Positions 20,101-29,300 of a stretch of DNA of 64,000 nt are shown here, piece by piece. Both the position numbers and the translations under genes were made by a program. The stretch spans positions 10,855 to 74,854 of the forward strand of contig CAJUBA010000003.1 in the NCBI GenBank assembly GCA_910584635.1, read 5' to 3'. The notes under the pieces were generated by a model, which was not told the origin of the DNA, made no database searches, and worked only from the letters and a program-made list of their open reading frames with translations. Positions within the stretch are counted from its first letter, which is position 1. The number at the start of each line of letters is the position of its first letter. This DNA comes from an uncultured Christensenella sp. Its GTDB lineage: Bacteria > Bacillota > Clostridia > Christensenellales > UBA3700.

Positions 20101-20695
20101 CGGTTACGGCGGACTTGACCACGTTCTCGCAATGGGTCAAAACATCAACGTAGTCGTTCTCGACACGGAAGTATACTCCAACACAGGCGGTCAGGCGTCT
20201 AAGTCTTCTCCGACGGGCGCGGTTGCTAAATTCGCGGCAGGCGGAAAAGTTACCAAGAAGAAAGACCTCGGTAAAATGGCTATGAGTTACGGATACGTTT
20301 ACGTTGCTCAAGTCGCTATGGGCGCAAATATGAATCAATACGTAAAGGCGTTGAAAGAAGCGGAAGCGTACGACGGACCGTCGCTCATCATCTGCTATGC
20401 GCCTTGTATTAACCACGGTATCAATATGTCCAACTCGCAACTCGAAGAAAAGAGAGCGGTAGAGGCAGGATACTGGCAGTTGTACAGATTCAACCCCGCT
20501 CTTGCTGAAGAAGGCAAAAATCCGTTTACTCTCGACAGTAAAGAAGCGACTGCAGATTACAAAGAATTCTTGCTCGGCGAAAACAGATACGCTCAACTTG
20601 CTAAATCCAAACCGCAAGTAGCGGAAAAACTCTTCGCTATCAACGAAAAAGAAGCGAAAGAAAGATACGCAGGCTACAAGAAACTTTCTGAGTAA
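17156..20695 (+). CDS. nifJ: Pyruvate:ferredoxin (flavodoxin) oxidoreductase, single-polypeptide NifJ/PFOR type
   Basis: 1179 aa. N-terminal [29 protein letters not shown], two ferredoxin-type clusters ([13 protein letters not shown] and [12 protein letters not shown]), and the TPP-binding [16 protein letters not shown]. Confidence 0.95.
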   Translation: [1179 protein letters not shown]

Positions 20696-20766
20696 TAAGC
20701 ATACGGCGAAAAGGAATTCTGAATAAATAATAATCAGACTTTCCCGCCAAATCTATAAAACATAAA

Positions 20767-20799
20767 ACGCTCCTCCGCAATCCGCGAGGAGCGTTTTTC
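20767..20799. terminator. Bidirectional rho-independent terminator between PFOR and the XRE gene
   Basis: ACGCTCCTC-cgcaatccgc-GAGGAGCGT with AAAA upstream and TTTTT downstream. Confidence 0.8.
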
Positions 20800-20836
20800 T
20801 ATTTCGACTAAACGTATTTCAGACCAGTCGTAAAAT

Positions 20837-21073
20837 CTACGTTTTTCGAACGTAATTTACCTCATCAAATATAAATAATATCTCATTTGCATCCAATTCC
20901 AATACCTCGCATAATTTGACAAATACTTCTATCGACGGCATTCGGTATCCTTTCTTATACTGACTTACCGTACCCTGATGTACTCCTATCCTCTCGCCTA
21001 TCTCTCTTTGCGTTAACTCGCTTTCTTCTATCGCCTCATGTATTTTATTTTTTATTTGTTCTTTCGTTATCAT
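20837..21073 (-). CDS. XRE family HTH regulator (78 aa)
   Basis: ..LTQREIGERIGVHQGTVSQYKKGYRMPSIEVFVKLCEVL is a classic HTH_3. Confidence 0.8.
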   Translation of the reverse strand: MITKEQIKNKIHEAIEESELTQREIGERIGVHQGTVSQYKKGYRMPSIEVFVKLCEVLELDANEILFIFDEVNYVRKT

Positions 21074-21138
21074 TTTGTTCTTCCTTAAATATGATTATCA
21101 CTATTTTACTACAATTATTTCTTTTTTGAACGCCTATT

Positions 21139-21185
21139 GTTCATTTTTTATGAACCGTATATATTTTAGTTCATAATTTATGAAC
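21139..21185. promoter_or_regulatory. Two 17-bp palindromic operator candidates between the divergent XRE genes
   Basis: GTTCATTTTTTATGAAC (21139-21155) and GTTCATAATTTATGAAC (21169-21185) share GTTCAT/ATGAAC half-sites with centres 30 bp apart. Confidence 0.55.
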
Positions 21186-21238
21186 TGCCAACTATTTTAA
21201 CAAAAAACTTTATATAATAGTAATGTAGGAGTAAATAT

Positions 21239-21442
21239 ATGAAAGAATTTGGAGAAAGAGTAAAAAAAGAACTAAATGAACAAGGAAAACTACAAAAAGA
21301 TCTTTGCGATCATTTGAACGTAAAAAAATCAACACTTTCAGAATGGCTAAACGGTAAAAATGAGCCTAGCATGAAGTATATAGTAGAAATCGCTCGTTTT
21401 TTGGACGTTTCAACTGACTATTTATTGGGCATTGAAAATTAA
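21239..21442 (+). CDS. XRE family HTH regulator (67 aa)
   Basis: ..KLQKDLCDHLNVKKSTLSEWLNGKNEPSMKYIVEIARFLDVSTDYLLG, with AGGAG before the ATG. Confidence 0.8.
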   Translation: MKEFGERVKKELNEQGKLQKDLCDHLNVKKSTLSEWLNGKNEPSMKYIVEIARFLDVSTDYLLGIEN

Positions 21443-21759
21443 AAGGTTTTACTTACTACCTATTTAATCGTAAATTTAATTGATTTTATTTAACTTATAT
21501 ATTTTGACTGCGCTTTTTCCGACCAAACGCGAAATCTGCATTGCATTACGATTTCGGTCGGCTAGATTAGAAATTACATTTATTAAATGTGATTGCGCCC
21601 AAATAAGTCGTAGTGAACGCCTTGTATTTATTGCCCCTATCGAACTTGCGTTAATATAAAAACACTCAAAATAGTTTGACGGATTAGAGTAATTTGCAAT
21701 TAGTAAAATAGCGAATTTTTTGTTAAGACAATATAAAAAACTAAACAAAATAAATATAA

Positions 21760-21925
21760 TTTGACGGATTAGGGAAAAAGGCAAAAAAAGAAAGCGGTAG
21801 ATTTTTTTGTCGAGATAGTGTAAGAAAAAGTCCCTCGTACTTACCGTACGTTGGGACCTTTTTGTTACACTGTATCGGCGGAAAGGATGCCGCTTTACTT
21901 TTGCCTTTTTCCCTAATCCGTCAAA
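21760..21925. repeat. 166-bp MITE-like palindromic element with 27-bp perfect terminal inverted repeats
   Basis: TTTGACGGATTAGGGAAAAAGGCAAAA at 21760-21786 and its exact reverse complement at 21899-21925. AAAGCGG/CCGCTTT extends the pairing. There is a nested inner inverted repeat GTGTAAGAAAAAGTCCC (21818-21834) / GGGACCTTTTTGTTACAC (21853-21870), and a partial third copy TTTGACGGATTAG at about 21677. Confidence 0.7.
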
Positions 21926-22380
21926 CACTCTCTCACTTTCATCCACTCGTCTTTATTCCACCCGCCCGCGTTTGCAGGAGAAGTGGACGGAAGACATATA
22001 AATTGCAAGTCGGGATAAGTCTTTTTTGCAATTTCAAAGGATTTCTTTCCGTTACAGAATATGCCTTTGATATTGGCGGTTTTCAATACTTTTGTAATAT
22101 CGTTGGGAACGACTTTTTTAATATCGCTGTCCAAAGAACCGTTTCGCTCGCAAGAATAGATTATATCCATCAAAGCGATATTATTGGCTTTCAGCCACGC
22201 TTTCTTTCCTTCGATACTCCCGGGAACTTCGCTGCCTGCGACCTCGCCTATCGTCTTCCAAAACCTATTTCGCGGATGCATATAATAAAATCCCTCTTCC
22301 AAAGACTTTACGGAAGCCATACTTCCCAATATAAGCGCTTTGCTGTTTTCGTCGAAAATAGGTTCAAAAGAATATATCAT
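21913..22380 (-). CDS. UDG-superfamily DNA glycosylase (hypoxanthine/deoxyinosine-DNA glycosylase-like)
   Basis: MIYSFEPIFDENSKALILGSMASVKSLEEGFYYMHPRNRFWK resembles the N-terminal signature of the hypoxanthine-DNA glycosylase family. The last 4 codons and the stop lie in the right repeat arm of the palindromic element. Confidence 0.6.
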   Translation of the reverse strand: MIYSFEPIFDENSKALILGSMASVKSLEEGFYYMHPRNRFWKTIGEVAGSEVPGSIEGKKAWLKANNIALMDIIYSCERNGSLDSDIKKVVPNDITKVLKTANIKGIFCNGKKSFEIAKKTYPDLQFICLPSTSPANAGGWNKDEWMKVRECLTD

Positions 22381-22381
22381 A

Positions 22382-23209
22382 CTATTTGCTTACGGAAATT
22401 TTAGTACAAGGCGCCTGTCCGTTCAAAACCTCGCTTATAGTAAACCTAGGATTTGCTATATAAACCTGCGTCCCGTTTTTAAGAGGCGCTTTTATAAACT
22501 CCAACTTGGCGTTTGCTCCGTTCGCGCCAACTCTCGACGCGCCTTTACACAGATTCTGAGCCTCTTTTACGGCGTCTAAAAGTTCGTATATATCTTTACC
22601 CGTAATATCGCTGATAAGCGTCTTTTCATCGCTGGGATCTGCGTATATTCCAAGAGTAGACGTATATATAAGCAAGGTCTTGCATTTTACAAGACAAGCG
22701 ATTTGCGACGCGGTTTCGTCGTTGTCCATGCAATGTACTATATCGTCGCGTTTTTTTGCCAACTCCTGCAATTCGAGTTTGTCTATTTCTTCAGAGGAAA
22801 GCGGATCGTTGTAATTGACGATAGGAATAGCGTTTTGAGCGGGACATCTTAGTAAAAGACTTTTGAGAATCTCTTTCTTCGCGGGATCGTTGAAATGTCT
22901 ATGCTCGACAAGTATCTGCCTTACGCTGTATTTGGGGTCGACAAACTGACGGTAATTTTTCATAAGTATCGTCTGACCTTGCGCGGCGTAGTCCATCTTG
23001 ACTTCGTTGTAATCTCCCTCGATTTCCTTGCCGTTGCGACGCATATAATCCAATCTGCCTATTTCCGTCGCTCCGCTTGACACCCAAATGTAACCCGGTT
23101 TGAGTTCCCTGCTTATTCTCGATATAGCGTTGTAATCTATATCCCCCCACGCTTTATTGACAAGCGCCATAGAACCTACTTTTCCTACTAATTCCACATC
23201 AAATTTCAT
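22382..23209 (-). CDS. Amino-acid kinase family protein (glutamate 5-kinase-like, no PUA domain)
   Basis: ..LVGKVGSMALV.. ..IWVSSGATEIGR.. ..MDNDETASQIA.. are amino-acid-kinase fold motifs. There is no proA neighbour. Confidence 0.55.
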   Translation of the reverse strand: MKFDVELVGKVGSMALVNKAWGDIDYNAISRISRELKPGYIWVSSGATEIGRLDYMRRNGKEIEGDYNEVKMDYAAQGQTILMKNYRQFVDPKYSVRQILVEHRHFNDPAKKEILKSLLLRCPAQNAIPIVNYNDPLSSEEIDKLELQELAKKRDDIVHCMDNDETASQIACLVKCKTLLIYTSTLGIYADPSDEKTLISDITGKDIYELLDAVKEAQNLCKGASRVGANGANAKLEFIKAPLKNGTQVYIANPRFTISEVLNGQAPCTKISVSK

Positions 23210-23233
23210 TGCTTCATCCTCTGACTTTCTATA

Positions 23234-24475
23234 TTATAAGTACAAATATTCCTTTTTGTAAATCACCGTCGCTATTGCGCCCGACTCTTTTATTTCTTCG
23301 CCTTCCACCTCGTAAGGTACGCCCGTGGTCGTGTTCTTTTCCTCATTTTCGTCGGCGATAAGATTCATCACTCCGTTTTCGTCGATTTGAACGGTTATTG
23401 TTCCGTCTTGGTCGGTGCGGTAAACTTGCGCAAATCCGTTGTAATCGTCGTCGGGAACAAGGTCGACGTATTTGTCGAGTCTATCCAACAATTCGGGAGT
23501 AGGATGTCCGTAACTTTCTCCGTTTGTGGAAATAATCGCGTATTCGCAATCAACCTTATTGAGAAACTCTTGCGTCGTGGAAGTCTTTGAACCGTGATGA
23601 CCTACTTTCAATACATCGGCGTCGACGTTGTCGAAATATCCTTTGTCTATAAGATATTCTTCCGACATTTCGTTGGAATCGCCGGTAAGCACAATAGTTT
23701 TGTCCGAATATTCCAAAAGACAGGTCGGCGAAATCGCATTCTTCAACTCCGCTGATGAATTGTCCTTAATTACAGGATAATCCTTTTCGTCGAAAGAATA
23801 GCATTTCATAAGCCAGTTTTCTCCCGAAATCTCAAATTGACCTATATTTTCATAATATAAGGATTTCTTGGTTATGCCGTTTTCAACGTAAGTTTCCGAC
23901 TGTGCCGCATTGTACGCGTTCAGCCAAGTGGACTTTTCGATATTCACTCTCGGGAAATAAAAATTCTTTATTTGATAGTTGTCTATCAACTTTTTGGCTT
24001 CTCTTATATGGTCGAAATCGGCATGAGTAATAAAAAGATAGTCTATCGTCGTAATCTCCAACTCTTTAAGATTGCTCTCCAATACGCCCCACGGAGAAGG
24101 CGTGCCGAATTCGCTTCCTATATCCATTATCATTACTTGACCGTCCGGGAATATAAACAAAATGCAATCGCCTTGACCTATGTCCAATACGCGCATTTCC
24201 AAAATATCTCCCTCCAGTTTCGCTGTACCGGAAGGCACCGGAGTTTTATCTCCGCTAGGGGTTCCGTCCGAATTGATAAAACTCTTGATATAGTCAATTA
24301 TATCTCCCCACAACCCCTTTACGCTTATCACTATTATCGCTACGATAAGTACTATTATAAGTATTACAGTCAAAAGCGTAATAAGTTTTTTGACGGCGGA
24401 TGATTGCGCCGCCGCCTTTCTTCTGCTGTTTGATTTTCCTTTGCCTTTTCCGCCTTTACCGGATTTAGCCGCCAT
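23234..24475 (-). CDS. Membrane-anchored metallo-beta-lactamase fold protein (ComEC/Rec2 C-terminal-domain-like)
   Basis: Lys/Gly-rich N-terminus, one TM segment, then VLDIGQGDCILF, ITHADFDHI and VGHHGSKTS (MBL His/Asp motifs). Start set at the ATG at 24475 behind AAGGAG. Confidence 0.7.
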   Translation of the reverse strand: MAAKSGKGGKGKGKSNSRRKAAAQSSAVKKLITLLTVILIIVLIVAIIVISVKGLWGDIIDYIKSFINSDGTPSGDKTPVPSGTAKLEGDILEMRVLDIGQGDCILFIFPDGQVMIMDIGSEFGTPSPWGVLESNLKELEITTIDYLFITHADFDHIREAKKLIDNYQIKNFYFPRVNIEKSTWLNAYNAAQSETYVENGITKKSLYYENIGQFEISGENWLMKCYSFDEKDYPVIKDNSSAELKNAISPTCLLEYSDKTIVLTGDSNEMSEEYLIDKGYFDNVDADVLKVGHHGSKTSTTQEFLNKVDCEYAIISTNGESYGHPTPELLDRLDKYVDLVPDDDYNGFAQVYRTDQDGTITVQIDENGVMNLIADENEEKNTTTGVPYEVEGEEIKESGAIATVIYKKEYLYL

Positions 24476-24491
24476 GTTTACTCCTTTGGAC

Positions 24492-26015
24492 TTAGTCTTC
24501 GTCCGAGAAATATTCAAGTATTTTCTTTTTCTTTTCGGGTTTGTTGTCGCCGTGTTTGATAAACGCGGTCGTAACGAGCGCCAAACCTATAAATATCGAC
24601 GCGTATATAAATATGCTGTTGGGCGATATATTTGTCATAAATATACCGGCAAACGCAGGCGTTATCGCTTGCGCTGACATTGAGAACGCGTAATAATAAC
24701 CCGTGTACTTTCCTACCGTACTTCCTTTGGAAAGTTCCGTAACCATAGGAAGAGTGTTTACGTTTACGCATACCATGCCGAAACCTGCAAGCAGGAAGCA
24801 AAGCGGGAAGAGATATTTGACGCCCGGCGTCTTCGCCGTCATGAAGAAACACGGTATAAACGCGAGCGCCGCTATGATAACGCCGATAATTACGGTTTTC
24901 TTTCTTCCCAACTTACTAGCCATAAGCGATACCGGCAACAACGCTATTGCTCCGCCCGCTCCGTTGAGTATGGATATCGTGCCTACGTAACCTTGCGTAA
25001 AAGCAAGAGGTCCGGTGGCGTAAGTCGACAGGTGCGACTTGACTGCGTTGTATCCCATAAACCATAGAAATACCGTCATAAGGATAAGGAAGAGCGATAC
25101 GACTTTGGCTTTCGGCAACTTCTCATTGCCTTCTACCTCCTCTTCGTCTACTACGTTATACTTTTCCTCTTCCTCGGCGCGGAGTTGAACGAATTTTTTC
25201 TCCTTTACCGTCAGCATATAGATAAGCAAAAGTATCAAAAGAACTATCGCCGTAACAAAGAACAGCCAGAAGTAATTCTGCGTCGGTTTGTTGGCGAAAA
25301 TCTTGTACAAAACGATTGCGACAAGTCCGCCTGCTCCGCCCATAAACGTAATCAACGCGTTTGCTTGCGAACGCAACGGCTTAGGCGTGATGTCCGGCAT
25401 TAGCGAAACCGCAGGAGAACGGTAAGACGCCATCGAAACCAAAAGCATAAGCAACGCGACTATAAACATAACGAGTATCCACACGTTGTCTTTTGCTATT
25501 GCTCCAGCCATTGCAATCTGCGCCGTCTTTATCGCCGCGTTTATATCGGTATTTCCAAGACTCATAAGCGAGTCGTAACTCACGTCGGATATAGCGAGTT
25601 GATTTACCAAATCCTGCAATTCGGAGTTGTAGGATACCAAAGTTTCGTAGTTGTTATAACCCGCGTCCATTATTCTTTGGAATTGGAAAAACTCAAAGAG
25701 CGCCATTATAATCAACGACACGGCGGCGGCTATCGAACCCCAAAAGATAAACTTTGTTCTTCTTCCCATTTTTGCTTTGACGGATTTATCCGACAGTCCT
25801 CCGAAAAACGGTAGCAGGAAGATAGCAAGCAGATTATCCAGTCCCATGATAAGTCCGTACTGCCACTCGTTCAGACCGAAACGCCTGTTGAGAATCAATG
25901 GCATCGCGTAGTCGTACACTTCCCAAAAACACATTATTCCGAAAAATGCAAAGCCTACGAGAATTGTTCGCTTAAAATCAAGCCTTAAAGTGTCGTTTGC
26001 TCTTTCTTTTTTCAT
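24492..26015 (-). CDS. MFS-type transporter (GPH/SLC45-like), 507 aa
   Basis: About 12 TM segments with a long hydrophilic insert; ..LPFFGGLSDK..GRRKTF-like motif after TM2. Confidence 0.65.
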   Translation of the reverse strand: MKKERANDTLRLDFKRTILVGFAFFGIMCFWEVYDYAMPLILNRRFGLNEWQYGLIMGLDNLLAIFLLPFFGGLSDKSVKAKMGRRTKFIFWGSIAAAVSLIIMALFEFFQFQRIMDAGYNNYETLVSYNSELQDLVNQLAISDVSYDSLMSLGNTDINAAIKTAQIAMAGAIAKDNVWILVMFIVALLMLLVSMASYRSPAVSLMPDITPKPLRSQANALITFMGGAGGLVAIVLYKIFANKPTQNYFWLFFVTAIVLLILLLIYMLTVKEKKFVQLRAEEEEKYNVVDEEEVEGNEKLPKAKVVSLFLILMTVFLWFMGYNAVKSHLSTYATGPLAFTQGYVGTISILNGAGGAIALLPVSLMASKLGRKKTVIIGVIIAALAFIPCFFMTAKTPGVKYLFPLCFLLAGFGMVCVNVNTLPMVTELSKGSTVGKYTGYYYAFSMSAQAITPAFAGIFMTNISPNSIFIYASIFIGLALVTTAFIKHGDNKPEKKKKILEYFSDED

Positions 26016-26250
26016 AATTCCCCTTGTTGCAAATTGCTTAACAGTAACCTATTGTAAGTATATCACAACACAATTAAAAAGGCAAGATTCTTTTTCGCAA
26101 AAGGGCGACGAATTACGATTTTACAAACGTCGCGATTATGCTTTTCTATATAGATTTTCTCAACGCTTTAATATCGCTCTTATTAAGCGGCAAAATGCGG
26201 CGCTTTCATAGACATTATTGAATTAAAATAGATAAATCAATTAAATATAT

Positions 26251-26272
26251 GCAGGGTCGAAACCGACCCTGC
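26251..26272 (-). terminator. Terminator hairpin downstream of the 1269-aa lipoprotein gene
   Basis: GCAGGGTCG-aaac-CGACCCTGC, AT/T-rich on both sides. Confidence 0.55.
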
Positions 26273-26337
26273 ATTTTGGGAATGTTTGCAATCAGGAGAG
26301 GGATAATTCCTAATTGCATTTGATGAAGGAAATTGAC

Positions 26338-29300
26338 TTAATTTGCAGCCTTTACGGTTTTACTCGAACCGAATTTATACGAGTATTCAAATCCATCGTA
26401 AATGAAGTTTACGATAAGATTGACTTTCTCGCCTACTTGTTCGCTAGTAAATGCGCCGTCTGTCAGCGCTATTTCAGGATTTCCGGTAGCCGTACTCTTA
26501 GCGACAACGCTTACTTCTATATCTTCGAATTTTTGTCCTGCAAACGTATCTGTAAGAACGTATTTTCCGTCTTTATAAGCGAGTTCCATAACGTGTTTTT
26601 CTCCGCTTTGCGTAGTAATCGTATATTTAGCCATACCGTCAAACGTCTTTCCTACTATCACGTCAGCAGACACAGAACCGAGTTCGTAAGGTTTCGCTGC
26701 GCTCAACGACACGTTTGTTTTAGAAATAGATTTTTCTTCTTCGTTCAAAGTGAACTTAACCGTAACGTCTATACTAGGAACCTGCGTGCCTTTCTTAGCG
26801 GAGTCGTAAGACATTGCTTTTAGAACGTCCCACGCAATCGTGTAATCGTCCGACAAAATATTTGTCTTTGTCGAGTCGCCTTTCTTTGACGCTGTAACCG
26901 TCGCTTGAATCTTAACAGTCGGATTCTCTACGCTGTCGACCATATAATACTTTCCGTCTATAAACGTCAGTACAAGAGTACGGGCGTCAGCATACTTATC
27001 GTCGTCTGCATTCCAATAGTAGTACGTCAACTTGCCGTCGAGATTTGCGCAAACGTTCGATGTTTTTCCCAAATCGCCAAACTCGCCGTGTTCCATTAAA
27101 AATTTTACAGTATCTTTAGTAGAGTTAGAGAGTTTTACCTTAGATAATACTTCGTCGTTTTCTCCGTACAGATACAGCCACAAATAAGAGGCAGACGAAT
27201 CTTTTGTAAAGGTAGTGCGGTCAAATTCGATTTTATAATCTTCAAACGATTTAGAAATCTCAAAACTCTTTGCTCCGTCAGAAGAAAGATCTATATCGCT
27301 AATCAATTGACCGTTTACAGTCGCTCTGTATTGATTTTCTTGAATGTACGTAGTGGAACCCGAGGAGTTTTGCAACAATAATTTCAATTTTGCTTTTTGT
27401 TCTGCGCCGTATATCTCAACTTTTATAGCGCCGTCTCCGCCGTCAACTAACGCCGGTTTACTTGGAGAAACCGTTTTCACGTTAACCGTTTTCATGACTT
27501 CGAAATCCAAATACTTGAATACAAATGAATATTCGTTTCCGTCATTGACAAGATATACTCCGTCTATCAAGTTATCGCTAGTTGCTACAATGCTAATTTC
27601 TCCTTTTGAGTCGTCTTGATAAGTTACTTTAATCTTTCCGCTCATATATTGGCTCATATCGATCTTTGCATCAGAATTCAATTCAATAGGAGCAAGTTCA
27701 AATGTCTCGGGGCATTCGTTATCAACTATTAGTTCCTCAATGCTGACGACTTTCATCAACTTAACGTCCAACTCCAATACATCTGCAGCCAAAGGTATAA
27801 CAGTATTGGCTAAAGCGCCGCCAACTGTTCCCGTAAAGACTTTGTCAAATAAGAAACCGCTGAACAATCCGCCCTGTCCGTCAAGCGGTAAAACTGCTAC
27901 CTTAATGGTCTGCATCTCTCCTATCTTGGTCGGGTCGTAGTCAATTATATCGACAATTTGAGTATGTGCCGTGTAAACGTTATTATCGAAAGCAGTGTAA
28001 GAATACTGTATACGCTTACCTATAAGTTTGTTGAGTTCTCCTTCGGTAAGTCTCAATTCACTGCTTCCCGAATAAATAATCTCATCGCCTTTAAGATTTG
28101 TTATATCTCCTACTACCTGCTTGTTAGCGTCTTCAATAGATAACGGCTTATGTCCGCCGAAATCGCGCGCTACGTTACTGTCGGTAGGAAGATTCATAAT
28201 CGCTTCCGCGCAATTGAAATCGCTCGCCGTACCTAGTTCAACGCTATTTACTCCTATTCTCATAGAACCGAATAAATTCTTCTCGTCGCTTACTTTATCG
28301 GGACTTAAAAGACCGTCAAATATACCTTTCGCCACGGTAGACGTAGTTATGTTTTTGAATGAACTGAGCGCGGACATTCCGGTTAATTCCGCCAAGTTTA
28401 TATTCAAATATTGGTCTAAATCAAACGCGGAGTTCAACAAAGCGTATGTTTCATTGAGATTAAGCGTAATGCCTGAATCCCCTACGCTTAGACATTTCGT
28501 AATAATAGAAAGTATCGGATCCAACATTGTGTTTATATCGAACTCAAACGGATCTTCAGGCGCGCTAGGTTCATCCGAACCGTCGCCGGCAAAACCGTCA
28601 ATCAACAAGCCTAAGTCTATTGACGTCATAAAGTTTTGACTTGCTATATTTGCTGGTCCGCCCAAAAGATTAAGCGCTATGCCGGCAATTATCTCTGAAA
28701 CAGAAGCGGCTTCCGCAACTGTTTTCTTAAGCGATGTTTCAGAAACAATTCTGCTCAAATTCAACGCAACGTAGAGTCTGCCGTTGCCGAAGTTTGCGGG
28801 ATCGAAAGCAATATCGAGAATTGACGTATCAGTTTGACCGCCTTTTCTAGTCGGACACATTGCGTCCGTACAGATTACACCTTGCTCTCCCGGAGTATGT
28901 TCATGGTAAATAGAGAAATACAATTTCATCTTCTTTACGGCTTCGTCGTTCATCCAGTTGTTGGGGTTAGACTTAATAGCGTTTACAAGCGCAAACGGAT
29001 CGATATCCGCTACCAACTTATAAGTCAAATGCTCGTAATCTTTACCCGTTCTATCCAAAAGGTCGATATTTCCCGTTACGGAAATATTAGCAAGATTGAT
29101 TTCGCTTGCAGATTGGATTTTATCCTCGTCGAGTTTTCCGCTTACGTAATCGTAAGAACCGCCCGCTATTTCGAAAGCGCCGAGAGAAGCGTTGCCGTCG
29201 TTAACGGTAATGTTGGCAAAAGCATTGTCGGAATCGGAAAGATCGACGGCAAACTTGAATTGCATTTCATTCTGTTCAAAGAATTCGCCGAGTATTTCGA

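Noticed and set aside
17105-20617. Two very long minus-strand ORFs (17105-18331, 408 aa; 18434-20617, 727 aa)
   Set aside because: They lie entirely antisense to the PFOR gene, whose sense frame carries unmistakable motifs. Their translations are Arg/Phe/Val-rich with no motifs or ribosome binding sites, which is a typical shadow-ORF artefact.
21760-21925. Whether the 27-bp inverted repeats define a third invertible promoter
   Set aside because: The segment sits between the 3' ends of convergent genes, has no recognisable promoter inside, and its interior is itself palindromic. A MITE or terminator hairpin explains it better than a phase switch.
21476-21946. 156-aa minus-strand ORF between the XRE gene and the glycosylase gene
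   Set aside because: It is made largely of the palindromic repeat element and AT-rich spacer. It has no ribosome binding site and overlaps the glycosylase stop in another frame. Its composition (FLFLPFSLIRQIIFILFSFLY) looks like translated repeat DNA.
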